Notes: a model not told the origin generated them from the sequence alone. Numbered from the stretch's first letter, positions 10,632-19,803 are shown. The stretch is DNA of 64,000 bases from Bacteriovoracaceae bacterium (GCA_048270185.1 JBLWTJ010000002.1:480001-544000); one strand, 5' to 3'. Numbers and translations: made by a program.

Positions 10632-11306
10632 ATGGAATATAAACTGGCCAAAGGAACAACTAAGTTCAGATATGGAATGACCGATGCACAACAGCTCGTT
10701 GAGTGGCTTACAGAAGAGAAGCCAATCGGAGTAAGTTTTATTGGACGTTCAAATGCTGGGAAATCTTCAACGATCAACTCTCTTTTTGGAAAGAGTACAG
10801 CGGTTACATCAAAGACTCCTGGTCGCACAAGACAAGTAAATATTTTTGAATTTCAATTAGAGAAGAATGGAAAAATAGTTGAAGAACTGCCAAAGTTCTA
10901 TCTCTTTGACCTTCCAGGATATGGGCACGCAAAAGTTTCAAAAGAAATGCAAGCAGATTGGGCAGAACTAATGGATAATTTCTTTCATAACTGCGGCCAT
11001 CAAAACCTAATGCTTAATCTTCAAGATGCAAGACATCCAAATCAAAAAGCTGACCTCGACTTTAGAGATTACTTAAGGCCACTTGGTCACGAAGCTTTTA
11101 TGCTCTTTAATAAGCTTGATAAACTTAAGACACAAAAAGAGAGAGCAGCACTTAATAAGTTAAAACCAGCAATCTTCAAAGAATGTAAATGGGTGACGCA
11201 AATTCACTTTATCTCGGCCCTTAAAGGTCAAGGTATCGATCAACTAGAAGGGGCCATTATTAATTACCTTCTTCTACAAAATGAATTAAGTAATCAAGAA
11301 TCTTAG
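10632..11306 (+). CDS. engB: Ribosome biogenesis GTPase EngB/YihA/YsxC
   Basis: GRSNAGKSS, SKTPGRT, DLPGYG, NKLD; start moved to ATG at 10632. Confidence 0.92.
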   Translation: MEYKLAKGTTKFRYGMTDAQQLVEWLTEEKPIGVSFIGRSNAGKSSTINSLFGKSTAVTSKTPGRTRQVNIFEFQLEKNGKIVEELPKFYLFDLPGYGHAKVSKEMQADWAELMDNFFHNCGHQNLMLNLQDARHPNQKADLDFRDYLRPLGHEAFMLFNKLDKLKTQKERAALNKLKPAIFKECKWVTQIHFISALKGQGIDQLEGAIINYLLLQNELSNQES

Positions 11307-11593
11307 TCTTTTGACTTAATTTTTGAAACGTCTTTCTCCATTAATTGAAGCTGCTCTTCATAGCTGTTGATTTCTTCGAGAAGTTCACTAACTTTTGGAT
11401 TCTCCCATTCAAGAATTCCAGACTTTAGATGCTTGGCCGCAAGCTGCCCTAACTCTTGATACTTTTCATTGAGCAGTGAATTCGTGTGGGAAGCCGTTAG
11501 CATTTTCTTACCAATGACAGTGGCCTTAGAAAGTTCTTGAGAACAGTCATCGACTATTTTCTTAATCTTGGTTTTCCATTCCTCTTTTTGCAT
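11303..11593 (-). CDS. Small coiled-coil hypothetical protein
   Basis: 96 aa ORF with RBS-like GAG; helical composition; fills gap between genes. Confidence 0.7.
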   Translation of the reverse strand: MQKEEWKTKIKKIVDDCSQELSKATVIGKKMLTASHTNSLLNEKYQELGQLAAKHLKSGILEWENPKVSELLEEINSYEEQLQLMEKDVSKIKSKD

Positions 11594-11644
11594 AATTCAC
11601 TCTTTCGGATAGAATATTAATGACTAGCCTTATTTTACAAAAAG

Positions 11645-12562
11645 ATGAGTATGATTTCATTAGAATTTTTCACTAAAAAATTTCACCTATTTGAACAAGT
11701 TCTGGAGTCAAAATTCTCTAAGTACAAGGATTTATTGAACGAAGAAGATCACAGAAAGCTTGATGATTCCTATCAACATTTCATCAGTAAATACGGCCCA
11801 AGCGAAGACCCTTGGGGACTCAATATAAACAAGTCTCGCAAGAGCTACAAAGTCCTCTATGCGATCTATCGCCACTACTTCAAGGTAAGGTTCTTTGGTA
11901 AAGAAAATATCAAAGACGAACAATATATGGTGATTTCAAATCACTCCGGTCAAATTGCCATCGACGGACTCTTAATTGGCTGTGCTTTTGCATTTGAAAC
12001 AAAGCCGCAAAGGATTCTTAGGGCCATGGTTGAGCGTTTCTATACCGCTTTGCCATTTATCAATAAGTGGTCGGCAGAGTGTGGTGCTGTTCTTGGTGAC
12101 CGAGAAAATTGTCTCAATCTATTAGCTCGAGGTGAATCACTTCTCATTTTTCCTGAAGGTGTTCGAGGTGTCTCCAAGAGCACTAAGAATTTTTATCAGG
12201 TTCAAGAATTTACACCAGGCTTTTTGAGAATGGCCCTTAAGAGTGGAGTTAAGATTCTTCCCGTTGCCGTTATCGGCGCAGAAGAAATCTTCCCCTATGT
12301 ATATCAGGCAAAGCCAATTGCGGACTTTCTAGGGCTTCCGGCCTTACCCCTTAGTGCGAATTACTTTCCTCTTCCCTCTCCTGTTGATATCCATGTAGGA
12401 AAACCAATTGAGCTCGGAGAAGATATCACTTCAGAAAGTGAAGATAGCTTAATCACGCCAAAGCTTCGAGAAATTGAAGCAATCATTCAAGGAATGGTCA
12501 ATGAAGGGTTAAAGACTCGCAGACCTTGGGCATTTAAAAAGGATACATCTGATGGACTCTAG
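11645..12562 (+). CDS. Lysophospholipid/glycerol acyltransferase (PlsC superfamily)
   Basis: SNHSGQIAIDG, LIFPEG, GFLRMAL, PVAVIGAEE. Confidence 0.85.
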   Translation: MSMISLEFFTKKFHLFEQVLESKFSKYKDLLNEEDHRKLDDSYQHFISKYGPSEDPWGLNINKSRKSYKVLYAIYRHYFKVRFFGKENIKDEQYMVISNHSGQIAIDGLLIGCAFAFETKPQRILRAMVERFYTALPFINKWSAECGAVLGDRENCLNLLARGESLLIFPEGVRGVSKSTKNFYQVQEFTPGFLRMALKSGVKILPVAVIGAEEIFPYVYQAKPIADFLGLPALPLSANYFPLPSPVDIHVGKPIELGEDITSESEDSLITPKLREIEAIIQGMVNEGLKTRRPWAFKKDTSDGL

Positions 12563-13499
12563 GCCAACGATTCTCATTTTGGGAGCGGCCGGAGGCCTTG
12601 CCAATATTCTTAGTGGTATCCTTTCAAAAAGAAAGAGCGATTATCGAGTTATCGGAATTGACTCAAGGCCATTAAAAAACGAATTAGATTTTGATAATTT
12701 TACATTCTTACAAATGCGCTATACGCGCAGAAATTTTGAAAAATTATTTCGAGAAAATCGATTTGAGGTCATCTATCACTTAGGTCGTATCTCATCGCCA
12801 GGAGGTAATCTTGAAGCGCGCTTAAGCTTTAGCCTCGTTAATACAAATAAAGTACTAGAACTAGCAGAGAAATATGCCGTGAAAAAAGTTATCTTTCTTA
12901 GCACTTTTCACGTTTATGGAGCACAGTCCGACAATCCAGTCTTTATCAAAGAAGATGCTGCTTTACGAGCAAGTATTAAGCATGCTGAACTTCGCGATGT
13001 AACTGAAATAGATAGTATGTGCTTAAGCTGGATGTGGAAAAATAAAGATAAAATTGAAACCGTTATTTTAAGACCTTGTAATATTATTGGTCCACAGATT
13101 CAAAATACGATTACAAAGTATTTAACATCTGACTTAAGCCCTGTTCCAATTGACTACAATCCGATGATGCAATTTATTCATGAATATGACATGGCCAATA
13201 TTCTTTTTGCTAGTCTCGATAAAGTTCCTACTGGTATATACAATGTTGCTCCAGATGAAGTGATCTCTTTGCAAGAAGCAAAGAGTATTATTAATGCTAA
13301 GAGTATTCCATTTCCAATATTTGCACTTGCACCTGTAACAAAATTTATCAAGAAATTATGGGTCTTTCCTGAATACTTAGTGGATTATATTAAATACTCT
13401 TGTGTCATTGATAATTCAGCAATCTCGAAGTATCTCGACAACGACTTCATTCAATATAGAACAAAGAAGGCCCTTTCTCTTTTGAAAAAGCGCTATTAA
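12552..13499 (+). CDS. NAD-dependent epimerase/dehydratase (atypical SDR)
   Basis: ILGAAGGLA Rossmann motif, STFHVYG, LRPCNIIGP, QFIHEYD, GIYNVA. Confidence 0.82.
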   Translation: MDSRPTILILGAAGGLANILSGILSKRKSDYRVIGIDSRPLKNELDFDNFTFLQMRYTRRNFEKLFRENRFEVIYHLGRISSPGGNLEARLSFSLVNTNKVLELAEKYAVKKVIFLSTFHVYGAQSDNPVFIKEDAALRASIKHAELRDVTEIDSMCLSWMWKNKDKIETVILRPCNIIGPQIQNTITKYLTSDLSPVPIDYNPMMQFIHEYDMANILFASLDKVPTGIYNVAPDEVISLQEAKSIINAKSIPFPIFALAPVTKFIKKLWVFPEYLVDYIKYSCVIDNSAISKYLDNDFIQYRTKKALSLLKKRY

Positions 13500-13564
13500 T
13501 TGCTCTTTAAGAAAGAGTTTCCAATTGACTGATTTCATTCGAATGAATAGACTATATCTTCGAT

Positions 13565-13650
13565 GCCTTGGTGGTGGAATGGTAGACACGACGGATTCAA
13601 AATCCGTTGACCGCAAGGTCGTGGGGGTTCAAGTCCCCCCCGAGGCACCA
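13565..13650 (+). tRNA. tRNA-Leu(CAA)
   Basis: Acceptor stem GCCTTGG/CCGAGGC, discriminator A, encoded CCA; anticodon arm ACGGA-TTCAAAA-TCCGT; long variable arm GACC-GCAA-GGTC; GGTTCAAGTCC T-arm. Confidence 0.96.
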
Positions 13651-13651
13651 T

Positions 13652-14347
13652 CTACCTGAGAATATGTAGTTTTTCACAATATTGCCCTTTTCCTTTCAAC
13701 TTATCGTTGAAAGTCCAATAAAAAACAGCACTACTCCCCAGCTCAAAGCATCGTCTTTTGCAGTTAGCATGAAATGCCTTAAATAAGCCAGTGCCACGAA
13801 ACTCTTCATCGACAAATCCATTTAGCAACATTGACGTAGCCTTTCCATGAACAAGAGTCGCTCCAGCACAAATATCATCTCTTTTATTACTAGCAACAAA
13901 CGTTTCTACCTTACTATCACTATGACTTAAGACCTTTAGAATATTAATTTGTGTCGCTATTGGTAAATTATAGCTATTGTCACAAACTAATGTTTGATAT
14001 TTCTCACTATTGCCAAAATATAAATCTAGTACTTTATAATTAAGCTCAAGTTCATCGAAATTATGAATCTCAGTCTCCACTATATACTCTGGAGACAAAA
14101 TAACATCTTTATTCAACCTAGAACTATCCACGAAGCTTTCAAAACAATTAAACCACAAATCATCTGTGCCAATATTAAGAGATTGCTCTGCTATTTCATT
14201 ATCTGAAATCTTATTTAGCACGAAATTTGGCGTCATTATCGGATTAACAAAGAATTTATTTCTAAAACCAATCATGTTCTTTGTTCTTACAATATCTCGC
14301 TTAAAAACATCTAAATAGAAATTTATAACAGATTCTGCCACATTCAT
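13652..14347 (-). CDS. GNAT-family acyltransferase (last gene of isonitrile operon)
   Basis: C-terminal acyl-CoA binding motif A: FVDEEFRGTGLF; 4-bp overlap with P450 stop. Confidence 0.65.
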   Translation of the reverse strand: MNVAESVINFYLDVFKRDIVRTKNMIGFRNKFFVNPIMTPNFVLNKISDNEIAEQSLNIGTDDLWFNCFESFVDSSRLNKDVILSPEYIVETEIHNFDELELNYKVLDLYFGNSEKYQTLVCDNSYNLPIATQINILKVLSHSDSKVETFVASNKRDDICAGATLVHGKATSMLLNGFVDEEFRGTGLFKAFHANCKRRCFELGSSAVFYWTFNDKLKGKGQYCEKLHILR

Positions 14348-15603
14348 TCTAAAATCACTGGAAGTGTTTTAAATCCTGAAAAAGATAATGAATAGTGATC
14401 TCTTTCTACCTTACCTGATCCTAGTCTCATATTTGGATACTTTTCAATCAGGTAGTTAAATAACTTATTCATTTCTATTCGTCCTAATCTAGCACCAAGA
14501 CAATAGTGGGCTCCATGTCCATATGAAAAGTGGTTATAATGCTTTCTGTTTAAATCGACACTTTCAGGATTAGAAAAAATCAATTCATCACGATTAATAC
14601 AATGAGTACTAATAAAAATAGTATCTCCTTTCTTAATAAATTGATCTCCAATCTTTGTATCAGATGAAGCAACCCTAAATATAAAAGTTACAGCTGGATC
14701 TAGTCTTTTAAACTCCTCTATCATATTTGGAATTAATTTATGGTTAGATCTAACTTCGTCTAAGATGCTTTCCCCTGTTAATAATTGATACATTATATTA
14801 TTTATTTGATCAGTTGTTGTAACCTGCCCTGCTACTAGCATCATGATGGCCTGAGAAATCAGATCATCTTCAGAGAAATTAAACTGACTTGCAACTTTTA
14901 ACATTCCAGAGAAGAAATCATTTTTTGGTAATTCTTTTCGACTTCTTAAAAGTTCATGAAAATAACTTTTCAATTCACTAGCAGCTTTATCAACACGAAT
15001 TCCATCCTTATTCTCGTAACCACTGCCACCACCAAAAAAACCTGTCATAACATTTGACCACTCACAAAATTGAGTTCTATCATCTTCAGGAATACAAAAT
15101 AATTCGGCTAAAATTATAGAAGGCAGACGTCCCGAAATATCTCTTACAAAGTCTATTTCACCGTTAACACTTTTCTCTTTCGCCTCCTTAACAAAAGAAT
15201 CTAAAAAGCCTGGAATTCTCTGTGCGTAATAATCAATCAAGTCATCGTTTAACCCAAAAGTTGCAATACTTCTTCTTTGCTTATGGTCTTCCCCGTCTCT
15301 CATAACCATCATTTTTGAGACAACATCAAAAAAATTAGATATCAAACTCAAGTCTAAGTTCGGCATCCTAGAAATAAAGAAAGAACTTCTGTCACAACTA
15401 ATATGGGGGTCCTTGAGGGCCTGTTTTGCAAGTTTTGCATTTGTAACTACATGAAAGTTACCTTGTGGCCAAAAGAATATATCACCATATGATTTAACAT
15501 ATTTATAAAAATCATTATGAAATGTTTCAGGCTTTGATTTCTTTTTAAAATCATGAAAACCTTGAGCGTCTTTAATATTGTTTGATTGCATTATCTGTTC
15601 CAT
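14344..15603 (-). CDS. Cytochrome P450
   Basis: Heme motif FSYGHGAHYCLG, ExxR (EFKR), I-helix AGQVTT. Confidence 0.95.
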   Translation of the reverse strand: MEQIMQSNNIKDAQGFHDFKKKSKPETFHNDFYKYVKSYGDIFFWPQGNFHVVTNAKLAKQALKDPHISCDRSSFFISRMPNLDLSLISNFFDVVSKMMVMRDGEDHKQRRSIATFGLNDDLIDYYAQRIPGFLDSFVKEAKEKSVNGEIDFVRDISGRLPSIILAELFCIPEDDRTQFCEWSNVMTGFFGGGSGYENKDGIRVDKAASELKSYFHELLRSRKELPKNDFFSGMLKVASQFNFSEDDLISQAIMMLVAGQVTTTDQINNIMYQLLTGESILDEVRSNHKLIPNMIEEFKRLDPAVTFIFRVASSDTKIGDQFIKKGDTIFISTHCINRDELIFSNPESVDLNRKHYNHFSYGHGAHYCLGARLGRIEMNKLFNYLIEKYPNMRLGSGKVERDHYSLSFSGFKTLPVILE

Positions 15604-15611
15604 TTCTTCAC

Positions 15612-16370
15612 CTATCTAATTTGTATTCTTCTTAAGTGTCTTTCGCCTGTCTCTAATTCAACAATTTCTTCTCGACCGTGAAGTAGAGAGTAATTGTCAG
15701 CAAATAAAATATCTCCCTCTTCCCAATTATGCAGATATCGATACTTTTCTTTTTTAAGATGACGTTCCAACTTCTTTAAAGGCCCAGTTATATCTTTTTC
15801 AATGATTCTCTTTACTGGATTTTTACTGGTTTCAACTTCTTCGCCGATTCTTATTAGATGTCGTCCTGTTTCAGGATGAATATCAATAATACTTTGTTCA
15901 ATTACTCCTCCATAATGAGCAACCTTATCTGTTTGATAAGTTATCTTCTTACCCAAGAGCTCGCTTCGTAACTCATCAGAAAGGTCTTCTAAAGCGCTCA
16001 TAGAATCCAAAAAAATAGTTCTCCCTTCCATCACTGTATTCTTAATGCATTGAAAACCAAGAATACTTGGAGTCTCGTGGAATGCACCATCCCAATGGAG
16101 GGGAACTTTCTCATTTGAAAATATATAGTTTTTACTTTGTTCACTATTTTTAAGGTTTAAAATATGACCAAAGTCCCACGAAATAAACGGTTCATCATTT
16201 GTCGAACATGATAATATTCGACATAATTTTTCAAACTCATCTTCACTCAAGGTTCCAACACCTCTTATTACTAAAACTTTTTTCTCAATAATTATCTTTC
16301 TAAAACTAGTACTTTCTTCAAACAGTTCACGCTTAGAGCTAAGGCTTATAATTTCTGGGGTAAATCTCAT
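15612..16370 (-). CDS. pvcB: TauD-family Fe(II)/2-oxoglutarate oxygenase (PvcB/IsnB-like)
   Basis: PLHWDG (HxD), WEEGDILFADNYSLLHGR, RHLRRIQI; ATGA overlap with isocyanide synthase. Confidence 0.88.
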   Translation of the reverse strand: MRFTPEIISLSSKRELFEESTSFRKIIIEKKVLVIRGVGTLSEDEFEKLCRILSCSTNDEPFISWDFGHILNLKNSEQSKNYIFSNEKVPLHWDGAFHETPSILGFQCIKNTVMEGRTIFLDSMSALEDLSDELRSELLGKKITYQTDKVAHYGGVIEQSIIDIHPETGRHLIRIGEEVETSKNPVKRIIEKDITGPLKKLERHLKKEKYRYLHNWEEGDILFADNYSLLHGREEIVELETGERHLRRIQIR

Positions 16371-17299
16371 GAAACAACTCCAAGTTCAAAAAAGCTGTAA
16401 TTATTTTCTGATTTTAAAGTTGCACCAATATTTAAAACTTCACAATGTCTCATAAGTACAAACTCATCATTCTTCTTAACAGGTACTCTATGCCAAGGTG
16501 TCCCCCAGCTCTCTTCACTTGGTAAAAGTTGAACTGGAAACTTTACTGACTCGACATCTTGAGGATGAATACTTAAACGAAACCCATGTGGAAATTTTCT
16601 TTCAACTAATTCACTCCATGCATTAGAACGAAGAACAACTTTATAGGCTTTTTCCTTAGAAATTTTATTAACTTGATTTTTAGAAAGATCTGACAGAAGT
16701 ACAGTGAAATCTTCTTTTAAAAAACGATGTATTCCATTAAAAAGATTTTTTGCCTTTACGCTGACTTTCACATCATTTCGAACACAGGATTCTGTTTTAG
16801 AAAACTGTTGTTCAAGCCTATATCGCATTTGATCGAAACTCAACTTAGAACAATACTCATCCTCTAAATCAAAAAACTTAATATTATTTAAAGCATAAGT
16901 CTCTACAATATTTTTTAATTCCTTTTGGTATATAGATACATCTTCTTCTGTTATTCCCACCAAATCACTAAACACTCTTCCATCTGAACAAACTAATATT
17001 TCCGCTCCTCGAGAGTGTATACTTGATACTTTATTGGCCAATTCATTTAAGTTCATTAGAGCTTGAACCTCTCCCATGTCAGGAAAAGAAGAAAATGTCT
17101 TTTCACGATTAGCACTCTTGGCCGGAAATGCAGGAATTACAAAAGTGATTTTTTCATCTAATTGAATAGCGGTAGTTAGTTTATAGACGTGTACAGGATT
17201 TAAGTCATTAATTTCACATGGACCACTTGTAAAATTAGCTACTTTAACTAACTCCTCAAGAATTGAATCTACTTTATTTTGAACATTAGAACTTGTCAT
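16367..17299 (-). CDS. pvcA: L-Tyr/L-Trp isocyanide synthase (PvcA/IsnA/Dit1 family)
   Basis: IPAFPAKS, PDMGE, SDGRVFSDL, RLSIHP, TPWH; GGAGGAG RBS. Confidence 0.93.
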   Translation of the reverse strand: MTSSNVQNKVDSILEELVKVANFTSGPCEINDLNPVHVYKLTTAIQLDEKITFVIPAFPAKSANREKTFSSFPDMGEVQALMNLNELANKVSSIHSRGAEILVCSDGRVFSDLVGITEEDVSIYQKELKNIVETYALNNIKFFDLEDEYCSKLSFDQMRYRLEQQFSKTESCVRNDVKVSVKAKNLFNGIHRFLKEDFTVLLSDLSKNQVNKISKEKAYKVVLRSNAWSELVERKFPHGFRLSIHPQDVESVKFPVQLLPSEESWGTPWHRVPVKKNDEFVLMRHCEVLNIGATLKSENNYSFFELGVVS

Positions 17300-17333
17300 A
17301 TCTCCTCCTCGACAAGAACTAAACTATTAGACT

Positions 17334-17386
17334 TACAAATATAAATAAAATATAGTATTTGTATTAATATAATAGGTAAAACTTAT
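17334..17386. promoter_or_regulatory. LysR-type divergent control region
   Basis: T-N11-A dyad ATAGGTAAAACTTAT (17372-17386) overlapping the LysR ATG; inverted repeat TACAAATA-N14-TATTTGTA (17334-17363). Confidence 0.6.
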
Positions 17387-18251
17387 GATGATATCTCCAA
17401 CAGATCTTCAATACTTTATAGAGATCGCACAGACTAAGAATATTTCAAGAGCGGCAGAACGTATTGGTATCTCACAGCCATCATTAACTTTAGCAATAAA
17501 GCGAATTGAAGAAGCTCTAGGAGTCGATATTTTTATAAGATCAAAAAAGGGTGTAAGCCTTACAAAAGCTGGTCTTCATCTTTTAAAACACTCTAAGGAA
17601 ATGGGCCAATTTTGGGATCAACTAAAGTCAGAAGCTGTTGGCTCAGTTAACGAAATAAAAGGAACATTATCTTTAGGGTGTCATCCATCAGTCGGCCTTT
17701 ATACACTAGATAAGTTTCTTCCATCGATACTCCAAAGTAATAATGATTTGGAATTTAATCTAATCCATAATTTATCTCGAAAAATTACAGAAGAGGTTAT
17801 TTCTTTAAAACTTGATATCGGGCTTGTTATAAATCCAGTTAAACACCCCGATCTTATCATTCAAAACTTATTTAATGATGTTATGACTTTATGGAAGTCA
17901 AAAATACAAACACCTACGACAGACATAAAGTCAGGTTCAGCAGTTTTAATTTGCGATCCTGAGTTATTACAGACTCAAGATATCAAAAAAAAATTAAGTA
18001 AAAGAGGTATTAAATATAGCCGTATAATAACAAGCAGTAGCCTAGAGAATATAGCGTCTCTAGTTAAATCAGGTGCGGGCATTGGTATCCTTCCAACGAG
18101 AGTAGCAAGAAAATTAGCTGGTAGTAATATTCAAGTAGTTCCTGATGCGCCGACATTCAATGATGTCTTGTCATTGATTTACAGAGTAGAGAATAGAAAC
18201 GTAAAATCGATTCAGTATGTAATTGGAGAAATTTCAAGAAAATTAAAATAA
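17385..18251 (+). CDS. LysR-family transcriptional regulator
   Basis: NISRAAERIGISQPSLTLAIKRIEEALG HTH; LVKSGAGIGILP; divergent from isonitrile operon. Confidence 0.95.
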   Translation: MMISPTDLQYFIEIAQTKNISRAAERIGISQPSLTLAIKRIEEALGVDIFIRSKKGVSLTKAGLHLLKHSKEMGQFWDQLKSEAVGSVNEIKGTLSLGCHPSVGLYTLDKFLPSILQSNNDLEFNLIHNLSRKITEEVISLKLDIGLVINPVKHPDLIIQNLFNDVMTLWKSKIQTPTTDIKSGSAVLICDPELLQTQDIKKKLSKRGIKYSRIITSSSLENIASLVKSGAGIGILPTRVARKLAGSNIQVVPDAPTFNDVLSLIYRVENRNVKSIQYVIGEISRKLK

Positions 18252-18298
18252 ATAATCTACTTTACTCTATGGGACAGGCCGCTACACAATTTATAAAT

Positions 18299-18324
18299 AA
18301 AGGCTTCTACAAAGAAGCCTTTTT
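18299..18324 (+). terminator. Intrinsic terminator after LysR, overlapping 3' end of the convergent ATP-grasp gene
   Basis: AAAGGCTTCT-ACAA-AGAAGCCTTTTT. Confidence 0.7.
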
Positions 18325-19803
18325 CTTTTTTATCTCTTCGACAAACCAAGTCACTAATTTATCATAAAGAGTATCCCCTAATACTTGATCTTCAATACCA
18401 TCATCAATATTCGGGTTGTCGTTGATCTCCACAACGTAAACATTGCCTTGGGTATCTTGTTTAAGATCGACGCCATAGAGTCCACGGCCGATCGGTTTTG
18501 TGGCCTTAAGAGCAGTTTTAATTATCTGAGATGGAGCCTTATCAACAGGGTATGTTTTAAAGTTACCACTAAACTCTTCTGTTGATTTATCTTTTTCGTG
18601 ATTATAGATCTGCCAATGACCTTCACTCATAAAGTATTGGCATGCAAAAATCGCTTCATTCCCTAAAACCCCCACACGCCAATCAAATTCAGTATAGAGA
18701 TATTTTTGAACGAGAACAAGATCACTTTTCTTTAGAAACTCAGTAATGATTCTGATAGCCTCTTCTTTTGTACTCGCTTTTTTTACACCGACACTAAAAG
18801 AACCATCAGGAATCTTAACCACAAGAGGAAGAGAAAAACGTTCAATTAAATCCTCAACCGTTTCATTCTTTGCATCTGAAACATAACGCCCCGGAATTGA
18901 CTGAACTCCCAAGCGTTCAAGAAGATTTGAAATAAAAATTTTATTTGTACACTTTAGAATTGAACTTGGATCATCTATAACGACAATCCCCTCTGTTTCA
19001 GCAATCTTTGCCAAGCGATAAGTTGAATTCTGTATTGATGTTGTCTTGCGAATAAAGAGAGCATCGAATTCACTCAATCGACTGGCATCCTTTGTGGAAA
19101 TATGTTCGCACCAGACTCCGGCTCTTTCACAAGCTCTTTTAAATTTCTTTAAAGCACCTTCATCACTTGGAGCTTGTTCCTCATCTGGATCAAGAAGAAT
19201 GGCCAAGTCATATAGATAATGTTTTCTATTCTTAGGAAGACGCCACATTTTCAAACTATAATTCTCTAATGAGTTTGCAAAGAACTCTTCTTCGCTCTCT
19301 AAAAGATCGCGTATTCCAAGTTGCTCAACACTTGAAAATTGCCAATGATCATCTTTCTTTTTTAGAACGACTTCTAGTATTGGAGCTGGATAGTAATCAA
19401 AGACCTTGCGCGCGATGGGCTCAAATAACTTACTACTAACTTTAGAGAAGAATATACGAAACGAAATCTCACTTTCTAAGATCTTCTTGCCACTATGAAG
19501 AGAAAAATCATCTAAGGAATCATTAAAGTCCTTAAGATCGTGGAGATAGTACTTCTTCTTACTAAGATCATTTAATGTCTTAAGACTTGGAATCACTTTA
19601 TGATTTCGGGCTTCTGCCAGCATACTGCAATAGTAGCCAGACTTTAAATAGCTCATTTTATTACATAAATTGATGACTTTAAGGTTCTTTTTTTCCTGAA
19701 GAGTACGATCAAAAAGATAGTCGTTAACAGCAATAACTTGGTCTGATGGAAAATAAGGTTTCCAGTCCTTAATATTATCAACAACCACTATTAATTTATC
19801 CAC
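18307..19803 (-). CDS. RimK-family ATP-grasp ligase with N-terminal RLAN domain
   Basis: INLC...YLKSGYYCSMLAEAR (RLAN); KIPDGSFSVGV, FDWRVGVL, LYGVDLK, EINDNPNID. Confidence 0.9.
   Translation of the reverse strand: MDKLIVVVDNIKDWKPYFPSDQVIAVNDYLFDRTLQEKKNLKVINLCNKMSYLKSGYYCSMLAEARNHKVIPSLKTLNDLSKKKYYLHDLKDFNDSLDDFSLHSGKKILESEISFRIFFSKVSSKLFEPIARKVFDYYPAPILEVVLKKKDDHWQFSSVEQLGIRDLLESEEEFFANSLENYSLKMWRLPKNRKHYLYDLAILLDPDEEQAPSDEGALKKFKRACERAGVWCEHISTKDASRLSEFDALFIRKTTSIQNSTYRLAKIAETEGIVVIDDPSSILKCTNKIFISNLLERLGVQSIPGRYVSDAKNETVEDLIERFSLPLVVKIPDGSFSVGVKKASTKEEAIRIITEFLKKSDLVLVQKYLYTEFDWRVGVLGNEAIFACQYFMSEGHWQIYNHEKDKSTEEFSGNFKTYPVDKAPSQIIKTALKATKPIGRGLYGVDLKQDTQGNVYVVEINDNPNIDDGIEDQVLGDTLYDKLVTWFVEEIKKKKASL

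Noticed and set aside
10580..10828. Apparent 278-bp head-to-head overlap of the sigma54 activator and engB ORFs
   Set aside because: Artefact of longest-ORF starts; starts at 10579 (-, with GGAGG RBS) and 10632 (+) remove the overlap
13416..13616. 66-aa minus-strand ORF
   Set aside because: Antisense to the tRNA-Leu and epimerase end; spurious
18252..18300. Possible attR (duplicated tRNA 3' end) closing the island
   Set aside because: Only a trivial ATCTAC match; no copy of TTCAAGTCCCCCCCGAGGCACCA found by eye and no integrase in the window
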